From Candidatus Omnitrophota bacterium (GTDB lineage Bacteria > Omnitrophota > Gorgyraeia > Aquiviventales > Aquiviventaceae), in assembly GCA_016206585.1 (NCBI GenBank), contig JACQRE010000158.1:1-63693 (forward strand): DNA of 63,693 bases, written 5' to 3'. Below the pieces are notes generated by a model. That model saw only the letters and a list, made by a program, of their open reading frames with translations, was not told the origin of the DNA and made no database searches. The number at the start of each line of letters is the position of its first letter. Within the stretch, counting starts at the first letter, position 1. This document shows, one piece after another, positions 45,691 to 55,005 of the stretch. Both the position numbers and the translations under genes were made by a program.

Positions 45691-45712
45691 CGGGTGGTTC
45701 AGGGGATTCCGC

Positions 45713-45741
45713 TTGACACGATTTCGGTTGTGCGGTACGTT
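45713..45741 (+). promoter_or_regulatory. candidate sigma-70-type promoter
   Basis: TTGACA (45713-45718), a 17-nt spacer, then TACGTT (45736-45741). It lies about 55 nt upstream of the regulator ATG. Confidence 0.45.
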
Positions 45742-45796
45742 CATGCAGTGAACACCATCCTTCCGCGATGCGCCCTCCTCGGCGCTGTGGGGTGCG

Positions 45797-46423
45797 ATGA
45801 ACCCTGACGCCTATCGCGAACTCAAAGTGCTCGAAGAGCTGTCCCACAATGCCGATCACACCCAGCGGCATCTGGCCAAGCAACTTGGGGTCGCACTGGG
45901 CCTGACCAACCTCATGATCAAGCGGCTGGTCCGGAAGGGCTATGTCAAGATCGTGAACCTCCAGCGCAACCGCATTCGCTATCTGGTCACCCCCCAGGGC
46001 ATTGCCGAGAAGACCCGCCTCACCTACGAGTACCTGGAGTACTCCCTCTATCTGTATCGCCGCGTCCGCGAGGTGCTCCAGCAGCGCATGCGCGAGGTCG
46101 GCGAGCGCGGCGGGAAGGACATCGTGCTCTTCGGGGTCGGGGAGCTCGCCGAGGTCGCCTACCTGACGATCCGGGGGCAGGGGCTCAACCTCGTGGGGGT
46201 CGTGGATGACCGGGTGGCCGGCACGACGTTTCTGGGGCTGGCCGTGTCGCCCTCCGAGGCGCTGCCGGCCCTGCAGTTCGACGCCGTGATCGTCAGCTCC
46301 CTGGATAACGAGTTGGTCGGACTGAACAGGCTCCAGGAACTGGGAATCGACCGGGCACGCATCATCGTCATGGAGCAGCGCGGCTCGCAGATTCACCCGG
46401 TCCTGCCGGGAGCCAGCCGATGA
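45797..46423 (+). CDS. MarR-like winged-helix regulator fused to a Rossmann-like C-terminal domain
   Basis: TQRHLAKQLGVALGLTNLMIKRLVRKGYVKI, then DIVLFGVGELAEVAYL...VGVVDD. Confidence 0.7.
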   Translation: MNPDAYRELKVLEELSHNADHTQRHLAKQLGVALGLTNLMIKRLVRKGYVKIVNLQRNRIRYLVTPQGIAEKTRLTYEYLEYSLYLYRRVREVLQQRMREVGERGGKDIVLFGVGELAEVAYLTIRGQGLNLVGVVDDRVAGTTFLGLAVSPSEALPALQFDAVIVSSLDNELVGLNRLQELGIDRARIIVMEQRGSQIHPVLPGASR

Positions 46424-46560
46424 TCCCACCACCTGCGCCGGCCACGCCGGTGGCGTGGCCGCGAGGCGCTCGAATGAGTCGACACGTCATGAGAGTGATG
46501 CAACTACTGAACGGCCTCGCCACGGCGGCGTGCCGCCGTGGGGCGCAGGTGGTGGGATGA
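46420..46560 (+). repeat. ATGA-flanked intergenic element, copy 3
   Basis: Perfect 17-bp stem 46423-46439 / 46542-46558. Hairpins are 46440-46448/46452-46460, 46461-46467/46514-46520 and 46521-46529/46532-46540. ATGA occurs at 46420-46423 and 46557-46560. Confidence 0.85.
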
Positions 46561-47294
46561 GCCAACGCACTGGGCGTGCGAGGCGCCTTCGCTGGCTGCT
46601 CATCGGGTCGCTCGCGCTGACAGCGCTCATCGGGTCGTTGACCGCCACGCTCACGACCCGCCAGGGCGTGAACTTCCAGGTCACCGCCGCCCCGCTTCCT
46701 GCCTACGTCAAGGCGATCGATTTCCTCCATCGCGACGCGCACTACTACCTCCTTGCCCGGGAGATCACCCGGGGCCTGCCGGCGGGCCGCCGCGCGGCGG
46801 CCGACCGCGACCGCGCGCTGGCCGTCTTCCGCTGGACGCAGGAGCACCTGCGCCCGACACCGGAAGGCTGGCCCGTCGTCGATGACCACATCCTGCACAT
46901 CATCATCCGGGGACACGGTGTCGCGGATCAGTACGCGGATGTCTTCACTACCCTCTCGACATACGCTGGCGTGCCGGCCTTCTGGCAGCCGATCCGTGAG
47001 CCGGCCTCGGGCCGGACGCTCATCCTCTCCTATGCGAAGGTGGACGGCCGCTGGGCCGTCTTCGACGTGTTCCACGGGGTGGTCTTCAGCCGGCCGAGCG
47101 GGGAGCTCATCAGCGCGGAGGAATTGGCCGCGGACCCCGCGCTGGCGGATGTCGCCTCCGGAAGCCTCCCCTACCGCCAGCTCTTGACGGGTTATCGCGC
47201 CCCGGTGGTGCCGCGTCCCTTGCGCGCCGAACTGCAGATGCCGTGGCCCCGGGCGGTCCACACGTTGCATCAGATGGTTGGAGGCACCAGGTAA
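46557..47294 (+). CDS. membrane-anchored transglutaminase-like protein, probably catalytically inactive
   Basis: N-terminal transmembrane span. RGHGVADQYADVFTTLSTYAGVPA resembles the transglutaminase core but has Ala where the catalytic Cys is expected. Confidence 0.5.
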   Translation: MSQRTGRARRLRWLLIGSLALTALIGSLTATLTTRQGVNFQVTAAPLPAYVKAIDFLHRDAHYYLLAREITRGLPAGRRAAADRDRALAVFRWTQEHLRPTPEGWPVVDDHILHIIIRGHGVADQYADVFTTLSTYAGVPAFWQPIREPASGRTLILSYAKVDGRWAVFDVFHGVVFSRPSGELISAEELAADPALADVASGSLPYRQLLTGYRAPVVPRPLRAELQMPWPRAVHTLHQMVGGTR

Positions 47295-48040
47295 TGCCGC
47301 CCTCGTCGCGCGTGCTCGCGATCATTCCCGCCCGGGGCGGCTCCAAAGGGATGCCACGGAAGAACCTGCGGCTGCTGGGCGGCGAGCCGCTCATCGTGCA
47401 CACCATCCGGCACGCCCAGCAGGCGACGCAGATCGACCACATCGCGGTCTCCACCGATGATGAGGAGATTGCGGCGGTGTCGCGCACGACCGGCGCCGAC
47501 GTGATCCGCCGCCCGGCCGAGCTGGCGACCGACACCGCCTCCTCCGAGGCGTCGCTCCTCCATGCGCTGGACGTCTTGGCGCGCGAGCAGTGGATTCGCC
47601 CCGAGCTGGTCGTCTTGCTCCAGTGCACCTCGCCGCTGCGAGCGCCCGACGATATCGATCGGGCGATCGCCACCTTGCGGCGCCAACGCGCCGATTCGCT
47701 CTTCTCCGCGTGCCGAAGCCATGCCTTCGTGTGGCGTCACACCGCCCGCGGGCCGATCTGCCTGACCTATGACTTCCGCCGCCGGAAGCCCCGCCAACAG
47801 CTTCCGCCTGCATGGGTGGAGAACGGGTCCATCTACCTCACCACGTCGGCTGCGCTGCGCAAGAGCCGCAACCGCCTGAGCGGGACGATCGCGGTCCATG
47901 AGATGTCGCCGCTCGACTCGTTCCAGGTGGACACCGAGGAGGACTTTGCCCTCATCGAGCAGCTCTGGGCGCTGCGCCACCGCAGTCACCAGGAGACACC
48001 GCGGGCGGCTCGCCGTGCGGTGGCTCAAGCCAGGAGCTGA
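47294..48040 (+). CDS. acylneuraminate cytidylyltransferase family (CMP-nonulosonate synthetase)
   Basis: LAIIPARGGSKGMPRKNL, LLQCTSPLR, ENGSIY. Confidence 0.88.
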   Translation: MPPSSRVLAIIPARGGSKGMPRKNLRLLGGEPLIVHTIRHAQQATQIDHIAVSTDDEEIAAVSRTTGADVIRRPAELATDTASSEASLLHALDVLAREQWIRPELVVLLQCTSPLRAPDDIDRAIATLRRQRADSLFSACRSHAFVWRHTARGPICLTYDFRRRKPRQQLPPAWVENGSIYLTTSAALRKSRNRLSGTIAVHEMSPLDSFQVDTEEDFALIEQLWALRHRSHQETPRAARRAVAQARS

Positions 48041-48045
48041 GCGGC

Positions 48046-48924
48046 ATGGGACGCACGGTGTCGATGGCCGGCAGGCTGGTCGGGGAGGGGCAGCCCGTCT
48101 GCATCGTCGCGGAAATCGGCATCAATCACAACGGCGACGTCGAAACGGCCACACGGCTCATCGACGCGGCGGCCGAGGCCGGGTGCGACGCGGTCAAGTT
48201 CCAGAAACGCACGCCGGAGCGCTGCGTCCCGCGGGAGCAGTGGGGCGTCCCGCGTGACACGCCGTGGGGCGTCATGCCGTACATCGACTACCGCCACCGT
48301 CTGGAGTTCGGCGCGGAGGCGTACCAGGCCATCGACCGCCACTGCCGCGCGCGCGCCATCCCCTGGTTCGCCTCCTGCTGGGACGAGCCCGCGGTCGAGG
48401 CGATGGCGCCGTTCGATCTGCCGTGCTACAAGGTCGCCTCGGCTCACCTGACGAATGACGCCCTCCTGCGCGCGCTGCGCACCACCGGACGGCCGATCAT
48501 CCTCTCCACCGGCATGAGCACGCTCGAGCAGATCCGGCACGCGGTGGATGTCCTGGGGGACGAGGAGCTCGTGCTGCTCCACTGCACGAGCACGTACCCC
48601 GCGAAGCCGGAGGAGCTCAACCTGCGCATGATCGAGACGCTGCGGCGGACCTTCGCCTGCCCGGTCGGCTATTCCGGCCACGAGGTGGGGCTCCAGACGA
48701 GCCTGGCCGCGGCGGCCTTGGGGGCCTGCCTGATCGAGCGGCACATCACGCTCGACCGGGCGATGTGGGGCAGCGACCAGGCCGCGTCGGTCGAGCCGCA
48801 GGGGTTCGCGCGGCTCGTGCGCGACATCCGTGTGATCGAGTCCGCCATGGGCGACGGCGTCAAGCGCGTGTACGAGAGTGAGCGGCCGGTGATGGCGCGA
48901 CTGCGCAAGCCGGTGGCGGCGTGA
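48046..48924 (+). CDS. NeuB/SpsE-family sialic-acid-synthase-like protein without a SAF domain
   Basis: VAEIGINHNGD, DAVKFQKR, YKVASAHLTN, ILSTGMS, LHCTSTYP, GYSGHE. Confidence 0.85.
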   Translation: MGRTVSMAGRLVGEGQPVCIVAEIGINHNGDVETATRLIDAAAEAGCDAVKFQKRTPERCVPREQWGVPRDTPWGVMPYIDYRHRLEFGAEAYQAIDRHCRARAIPWFASCWDEPAVEAMAPFDLPCYKVASAHLTNDALLRALRTTGRPIILSTGMSTLEQIRHAVDVLGDEELVLLHCTSTYPAKPEELNLRMIETLRRTFACPVGYSGHEVGLQTSLAAAALGACLIERHITLDRAMWGSDQAASVEPQGFARLVRDIRVIESAMGDGVKRVYESERPVMARLRKPVAA

Positions 48925-49754
48925 TGGCGACGGCGCTGGACCGGCTCTACGCCTGGGCGCCGTGGCTCTACCGGTACGCGATGTCCCGCGGCTGGATCGC
49001 GGAGCACAAGTGGATCGACATCGGGGCGGAGCGGTTCGACGACTACCTCGCCGATTCGCATCCGGACCGTGCGTGGTTCGTCAACTGGTGCGCCGCTCAG
49101 CGCCCCTGTACGGTGCTGGAGATCGGGGCCGGCGCGATGCACGAGATCAAGCAGCTGAGGGCGCTGGGCCATCTGGCGTCGGACATCCGGTACACCGTGA
49201 TGGATATCGCCCCGCAGTTGCTGGCCGAAGGCCGGAAGCATCTGCCGGACGTCACGTTCGTGAAGGGGTCGATCAACCGGATCCCGCTGCCGGATGACGC
49301 GTTCGATCTGGTCTGCTGCCGGGCGGTGCTCGAGCACCAGCCCGGCTACCGCCGCCCGATCGAGGAGATGCTGCGGGTCAGCCGTCGGTACGTCGTGGTG
49401 AACCTGTTCCGCTGGGCGATGGACCGGGACGTGATCGCGCGGGGCAAGTACTATTCGAACGCGTATCACATTGAGCCGCTCCTGGCGTTCGCGGGGTCCG
49501 TCAGCGGCCGCGTGCTGCCCATCCTGATCCCCCGTGGGAACGAACCGGGGCTCAACCGGTACGAGGATCCGACGATCCGGCGCAACGGCGACCACTTGGT
49601 CCTCGTGATGGCCAAACGTCCGGACGATTCGCTCGACGGCGCCCTGCAGTGGCTGGAGCGGCTGGGCATCCGGCACATGGCGAACCCCGATCACCAGGTG
49701 CTCGCCGGCGGGACGGCCCACGCGGCGCGGCAGGCCGAGGAGTTGGCGACGTGA
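48921..49754 (+). CDS. class I SAM methyltransferase
   Basis: VLEIGAGAMHE, FDLVCCRAVLEH. Confidence 0.75.
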   Translation: MMATALDRLYAWAPWLYRYAMSRGWIAEHKWIDIGAERFDDYLADSHPDRAWFVNWCAAQRPCTVLEIGAGAMHEIKQLRALGHLASDIRYTVMDIAPQLLAEGRKHLPDVTFVKGSINRIPLPDDAFDLVCCRAVLEHQPGYRRPIEEMLRVSRRYVVVNLFRWAMDRDVIARGKYYSNAYHIEPLLAFAGSVSGRVLPILIPRGNEPGLNRYEDPTIRRNGDHLVLVMAKRPDDSLDGALQWLERLGIRHMANPDHQVLAGGTAHAARQAEELAT

Positions 49755-51154
49755 CGACGGCAACACGCGTACAAGCCATCAGGCACGAGCGGTCGGCTCG
49801 ATGGGCGATCGGATTGCTGCTCGCGGTGTGCCTCGTCGCGCGCACGGGGTTCGTGCTGATTGCGTACCGCCACACGCTGAAGGGGGCGGAAGCGCATCCG
49901 TGGTTGTTCGTCGAGCAGGATACGACCGGCTATATGATCCGGGCGCTGGACCTCGTCCAGGGGCGAGGCTTCATGGCCCATCCGCCGGAGAGCCGCCGGA
50001 CGCCGCTGTACCCGCTGATCCTCGCGGGCATGGTCCGGGCGTGCGGCCTGCAACACCTCGACGTGAACCGCCTGCGGCCCGAGAACGCCGGCGCGTGGCT
50101 GATCTTCCGCTCGCCACTCTGGATGCCGATGGCGCTGCTCCACCACGCCCTGGGGATGTTGACGACGCTGATGGTGTTCCTCATCGCCCGGGAGCTGACC
50201 GGTTCTGTGGCAGCCGCCTGGGCGGGGGCGATGGCCCTTGAGAGCTCACCCGTCCGGCTGGCGACCGACACGGTGATGCTGCCCTACGTCGTGATGGGCT
50301 TCTGGTTGATCCTGTGCGTGTGGACGTTCTTGCGGGCGGTTCGGATGCGGCGGCTGGGATGGCTGGCGGCGGCGGGAGCCTCGCTGTGCCTTGCGACGCT
50401 GGCTCAGCCCATGCCGCTCTATCTCTGGCCGGGCTTTCTTGCGCTCATCCTCCTGTTCTGGCGGGGTCAGCGGCTGGCACTGGCCGGGCTGATCTTCTGT
50501 GCGGCCGCCACCGCACTGCCCATGGCGTGGCTGGTCCGCAACGGATGGCTCAGCGGCGTCTACCGGTACAGCATGAACGGCGATGCGAGCCTGTTCCAGC
50601 TGAAGGTGCCTCTTGCGCTGATGGAGCGGGACCGCATCAGCTTTGCCGAGGCGGAAGAGCGGCTTGTGGCGGAATCGGAGCGGCGCATCGCGCGCGCCGA
50701 ACGGCGGCTGGGGCGCCCGCTCAACGGGTTTGAGTGGGAACGGGAGCGCGGCGCGGTGGCGGTCGACTTCATCCGGTCGCATCCGCTCAGCTATGTGTCG
50801 TCCATGGTGCGGGGCGTGCCGGGCCTGTTGTTCGATCAGGCTGGCCGGCGGACCGGCGTCTATGACCGGGGGCTGATGGCCTGCCTCCTCGCGCTGGCGG
50901 TCGTGGCGATGGCGCGCTTCGCGCGCCTTAGAGCTCCTCACAGCATACCGCGCGAGTGGCACAGCCTGTTGCTGCTTGGCGGGCTCGTGGGCTACCTCAC
51001 GGTGCTCACGGTTCCGGCGCTGCCGGGCTACGTCCGGTTCAAGGCGGTCCTGATGCCGTACCTGTGCATCCTGGCGGCGGTCGGGTTGGATCAGGTCGCG
51101 CGGTGGCGCGCCCGGTCCGCTCCGGTGACCGCCTCGGCGGTCGGGCGCGCATGA
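49751..51154 (+). CDS. polytopic GT-C-type (ArnT-like) glycosyltransferase
   Basis: GTGA overlap start. FVEQDTTGY and RTPLYPLILAG, with multiple transmembrane spans. Confidence 0.6.
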   Translation: MTTATRVQAIRHERSARWAIGLLLAVCLVARTGFVLIAYRHTLKGAEAHPWLFVEQDTTGYMIRALDLVQGRGFMAHPPESRRTPLYPLILAGMVRACGLQHLDVNRLRPENAGAWLIFRSPLWMPMALLHHALGMLTTLMVFLIARELTGSVAAAWAGAMALESSPVRLATDTVMLPYVVMGFWLILCVWTFLRAVRMRRLGWLAAAGASLCLATLAQPMPLYLWPGFLALILLFWRGQRLALAGLIFCAAATALPMAWLVRNGWLSGVYRYSMNGDASLFQLKVPLALMERDRISFAEAEERLVAESERRIARAERRLGRPLNGFEWERERGAVAVDFIRSHPLSYVSSMVRGVPGLLFDQAGRRTGVYDRGLMACLLALAVVAMARFARLRAPHSIPREWHSLLLLGGLVGYLTVLTVPALPGYVRFKAVLMPYLCILAAVGLDQVARWRARSAPVTASAVGRA

Positions 51155-51777
51155 TCCGGGCGTTCATTCAGGCGCGGATGAGCTCCTCGCGGTTTCCGGG
51201 CAAGGCGCTCGCCCCGCTGGCCGGCCGGCCGTTGATCGAGCATGTGATCGCGCGCGCCGCCGCGGCGATGCCGGCGGAGCAGATCGTCGTCGCCACGAGC
51301 ACCGACCCTGCCGACGACGCGCTGGCCGAGCATGTCCGCCGGCTGGGGATCGCGGTGTTCCGCGGTTCGCTCGGCAACCTCGTGGAGCGGTTCCAGGGCT
51401 GCCTGGGCGCGCATCCGTGCGACTGGTTCTTCCGCATCTGCGCCGACAGCCCGTTCCTGGATGAGACGCTCTTTGCACGCATGATGGCGTACGCGGATGA
51501 TTCGGAGGCCGACCTCGTGACGAACCTCTTTCCCCGGACCTTCCCACACGGGCAGAGCCTGGAGATGGTCCGCGCCGAGACGTTCGCGGCGCTGGACTCC
51601 TCGCAATTGAGCGCGGAGGAGCAGGAGCACGCGACCCGGGTGTTCTATGCGCATCCGGAGGCGTTCCAGATCGTCAACCTCGAGCCGTCGGAGCCGGTGT
51701 CGCTCGATGTGCGCCTCGCCGTGGACACGCCGGAGGACATCCCGCGGCTGGAGCAGCGGATGGCGACGGTGCGATGA
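51151..51777 (+). CDS. SpsF-like cytidylyltransferase
   Basis: MIRAFIQARMSSSRFPGKALAPLAGRPLIEHVI. Confidence 0.8.
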   Translation: MIRAFIQARMSSSRFPGKALAPLAGRPLIEHVIARAAAAMPAEQIVVATSTDPADDALAEHVRRLGIAVFRGSLGNLVERFQGCLGAHPCDWFFRICADSPFLDETLFARMMAYADDSEADLVTNLFPRTFPHGQSLEMVRAETFAALDSSQLSAEEQEHATRVFYAHPEAFQIVNLEPSEPVSLDVRLAVDTPEDIPRLEQRMATVR

Positions 51778-52793
51778 GCACGCTGAGCGCGAAGCGTCGA
51801 GTCCTGGGCGTGGCCGTCGCGGGGCTGGGGGTCGGCGCACAGCACGCCAGGGCGTACGCGGCGACCGGGCGGTGCGACGTGCGCTACCTCTATGACGTGG
51901 ATTCGGCGAAGAGCCGCGAGCTCAGCGAGCGGCTGGGGACCGGGCGCGCGGCGGAGCGATTCGAGCAGCTCCTGGAGGATCCGGAGGTCGACGTCGTGTC
52001 CATCGCCTCGTATGACGATGCGCATGTCGGGCAGGTGATCGCGGCACTCCGGGCGGGGAAGAGCGTCTTCGTGGAGAAACCGCTGTGCCGCTCCATGGCG
52101 GAGCTCGAGACGATTCAGCGGACGTGGGAGGCCCATGGCTGCCGTCCGCTGGCGTCCAACCTCGTGCTGCGCGCGGCCCCGCTCTATCAGCGGCTGCGCG
52201 CGCGGATCGAGGCGGGTGAGCTCGGGTCGCTCTACGCCTTCGACGGCGAGTACCTGTATGGCCGGTTGTCCAAGATCACCGACGGCTGGCGCAAGGATGT
52301 GCCGGACTACTCCGTGATGCAGGGCGGCGGCGTGCACCTGGTCGACCTCATGCTCTGGCTCACCGGCCAGCGGCCGGTGGCGGTGACCGCGCGAGGCAAC
52401 CGGATCTGCACAGCAGGCAGCGCCTTCCGCTACCACGACTACGTGGCGGCGGCCTATGAGTTCCCGTCCGGGCTGATCGGCCGGATCACGGCAAACTTCG
52501 GCTGCGTCCACCCGCACCAACACGTCGTCCGGGTCTTCGGCACCGCAGCGACCTTCCTCTACGACGATGCCGGGGCCCGGCTGCACACCAACCGCGACTC
52601 CTCTGTGCCGTCGACCCGGCTCGCCGAGGCGGCGCTGCCCGAGTCCAAGGGCGATCTCATCCCGGCCTTCGTCCGGGCGGTTGCGCAGGGTGAGGACCTG
52701 CGGGTGCAGACCCAGCAGGAGTTCGATGTGATGCGGGTGACACTCGCCGCCGATGAGGCGCTGGCGGCGGGCCAGCGGGTGACGATTTCCTAG
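51774..52793 (+). CDS. Gfo/Idh/MocA-family oxidoreductase
   Basis: GVAVAGLGVGAQHA, VFVEKPLCRS. Confidence 0.85.
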   Translation: MSTLSAKRRVLGVAVAGLGVGAQHARAYAATGRCDVRYLYDVDSAKSRELSERLGTGRAAERFEQLLEDPEVDVVSIASYDDAHVGQVIAALRAGKSVFVEKPLCRSMAELETIQRTWEAHGCRPLASNLVLRAAPLYQRLRARIEAGELGSLYAFDGEYLYGRLSKITDGWRKDVPDYSVMQGGGVHLVDLMLWLTGQRPVAVTARGNRICTAGSAFRYHDYVAAAYEFPSGLIGRITANFGCVHPHQHVVRVFGTAATFLYDDAGARLHTNRDSSVPSTRLAEAALPESKGDLIPAFVRAVAQGEDLRVQTQQEFDVMRVTLAADEALAAGQRVTIS

Positions 52794-52795
52794 TC

Positions 52796-53959
52796 ATGTC
52801 GATCGCCGCGCCAGCACGCGTCATCCCATTCGCCAGGCCGTGGATCACCGAGGAGGACCGCCGCGCGGTCGCGGAGGTGCTGGAGGGGCACATCCTCACG
52901 CACGGGCCGCAGGGCCAGTCGTTCGAAGCGGAGTTCGCGGCCTTCCTCGGGCCGGAGGTCTCGTGCGTGACGGTTAGCTCCTGCATGGCCGCCCTCCACC
53001 TCGCCTACCTCCACTTCGGGATCGGGCCGGGCGATGAGGTGATCGTGCCGGCGCAGACGCACGCCGCTACGGTCCACGCGGTCGAGTGGGTCGGGGCCAC
53101 GCCGGTGTTCGTCGACTGCGATCCGGCGACTGGCAACGTGACGGCGGAGGGGATCGCCGCGGCGGTGACCCCGCGCACCAAAGCGATCGGGCTGGTGCAT
53201 TTTATCGGCATCCCATGCGACATGCCGCGGATCATGGCGCTGGCACAGCGGCACGACCTCAAGGTCATCGAAGACTGCGCGATTGCGCTGGGCGCCCGGC
53301 ACGGGGGGCGCCACGTCGGCCTCTTCGGCGACGCGGGCTGCTTTTCGTTCTATCCCGTCAAGCACCTGACGACGGGGGAGGGCGGGATGTTCGTGAGCCG
53401 CCACCCCGCGGTCGCCGGGGCGGTGGCGCGCCTGCGGGCCTTCGGGGTGGACCGCTCGCACACGGAGCGCGCCGTGCCCGGGCTCTACGACGTGCCCTCG
53501 CTCGGGCTCAACTACCGGATGAGCGAACTGCAGGCCGCCTTGGGCCGCTCGCAGCTGCGGCGGATCGATGAGAATCTCGCGCGGCGGCGCGCGCACTTCA
53601 CGATCCTGCGAGCGTCGCTGCGGGCGGTGCCGGACGTGCGCATCCTGGAGGCGACGGAGCCGGACGCCGCCACCAGCCACTACTGCCTGAGCGTCGTGCT
53701 CGAGGGGCCGCTCGCCGCGCGGCGGAACGCGATCCTCGCGGCACTCACGGCCGCCGGCGTCGGGACGAGCGTCTACTACCCGCACCCGGTGCCGCGACTG
53801 CAGTACTACCGGGCCCGCTACGGATACGACGCGTCCCGCTGGACGCAGGCGCAGCGCATCAGCGATCAGTCGATCGCCCTGCCGGTGGGGCCCCATCTGG
53901 CCGACGACGACGTCGAGTACGTGGCGCAGCGATTCATCCATGCCGTGGAGGAGAGCTGA
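52796..53959 (+). CDS. DegT/DnrJ/EryC1-family aminotransferase
   Basis: IPFARPWITEED, SFYPVKHLTTGEGGM. Confidence 0.9.
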   Translation: MSIAAPARVIPFARPWITEEDRRAVAEVLEGHILTHGPQGQSFEAEFAAFLGPEVSCVTVSSCMAALHLAYLHFGIGPGDEVIVPAQTHAATVHAVEWVGATPVFVDCDPATGNVTAEGIAAAVTPRTKAIGLVHFIGIPCDMPRIMALAQRHDLKVIEDCAIALGARHGGRHVGLFGDAGCFSFYPVKHLTTGEGGMFVSRHPAVAGAVARLRAFGVDRSHTERAVPGLYDVPSLGLNYRMSELQAALGRSQLRRIDENLARRRAHFTILRASLRAVPDVRILEATEPDAATSHYCLSVVLEGPLAARRNAILAALTAAGVGTSVYYPHPVPRLQYYRARYGYDASRWTQAQRISDQSIALPVGPHLADDDVEYVAQRFIHAVEES

Positions 53960-53961
53960 GG

Positions 53962-55005
53962 ATGAGCACGGAACTCCGGGGACGACGGATTGCCCTGATC
54001 GGCGGGGCCGGGTTCATTGGCCACAACCTGGCGCTGGAGCTGGCCCGGCAGGGCGCCAAGGTGGACGTGATCGACAGCCTGCAGGTGAACAACCTGCTGA
54101 CGTTCTCCGCGAAGATGCCCGACCTGGTCAACCGGGAGCTGTACCTGCGCATCATCCATCAGCGGCTCGACCTGCTGCATGAGGCCGGCATCCCGCTGCA
54201 CGTGCAGGACGCGCGGGACTACCACGCGCTGGGCAAGCTGCTCAACCAGCAGATCAAGCCGCAGGTGATCGTGCATCTCGCGGCGGTGGCGCACGCGGGC
54301 CATTCCAACAAGGATCCGTACAGCACGTTCGACCACAGCCTGCGCACGCTCGAGAACGCCCTGGACTGCGCGCGCGATTCCATCGAGCAGTTCATCTTCC
54401 TCTCCTCCAGCATGGTGTATGGGAATTTCAAGGCCGACGAGGTCGACGAGGAGCACCCGCTCGAGCCGATCGGCATCTACGGCGCGCTCAAGGTGGCGGG
54501 CGAGAAGCTGGTGATCGCCTATCACCAGGTGTTCGACCTGCCGTATACCATCATCCGGCCCTCGGCGCTGTACGGCCCGCGGTGCGTGAGCCGGCGCGTC
54601 GGGCAGATCTTCATCGAGAGCGCCCTGAGCGGGTCCACCCTGAGAGTCGACGGCGATGGCAGCGAGCGGCTGGATTTCACCTACGTCGACGACCTGGTGG
54701 ATGGGATCTGCCTGGCGATCCGGCATCCCGCGGCCCGGAACCAGATCTTCAACATGACGTATGGCGGCTCCCGGTCGATCCAGGAGCTCGTCGAGATCGT
54801 GCGCCAACACTTCCCGCGCGTCGAGGTCCAGCGCGTTCCGCGCGACGCCCTGATGCCGTTCCGCGGCACGCTGAGCACGCGCAAGGTGGTGGCACAGCTG
54901 GGGTATGCGCCAACGCATCCGCTCGAGGCGGGCTTCGCCAAGTACGTCGAGTGGTACCGCGCGCTGGTGGGCGAGCCCTCGGCGACGGCGGAGGTCCAAG
55001 CGTGA
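53962..55005 (+). CDS. SDR-family NAD-dependent epimerase/dehydratase
   Basis: IALIGGAGFIGHNL, YGALKVAGE. Confidence 0.85.
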   Translation: MSTELRGRRIALIGGAGFIGHNLALELARQGAKVDVIDSLQVNNLLTFSAKMPDLVNRELYLRIIHQRLDLLHEAGIPLHVQDARDYHALGKLLNQQIKPQVIVHLAAVAHAGHSNKDPYSTFDHSLRTLENALDCARDSIEQFIFLSSSMVYGNFKADEVDEEHPLEPIGIYGALKVAGEKLVIAYHQVFDLPYTIIRPSALYGPRCVSRRVGQIFIESALSGSTLRVDGDGSERLDFTYVDDLVDGICLAIRHPAARNQIFNMTYGGSRSIQELVEIVRQHFPRVEVQRVPRDALMPFRGTLSTRKVVAQLGYAPTHPLEAGFAKYVEWYRALVGEPSATAEVQA

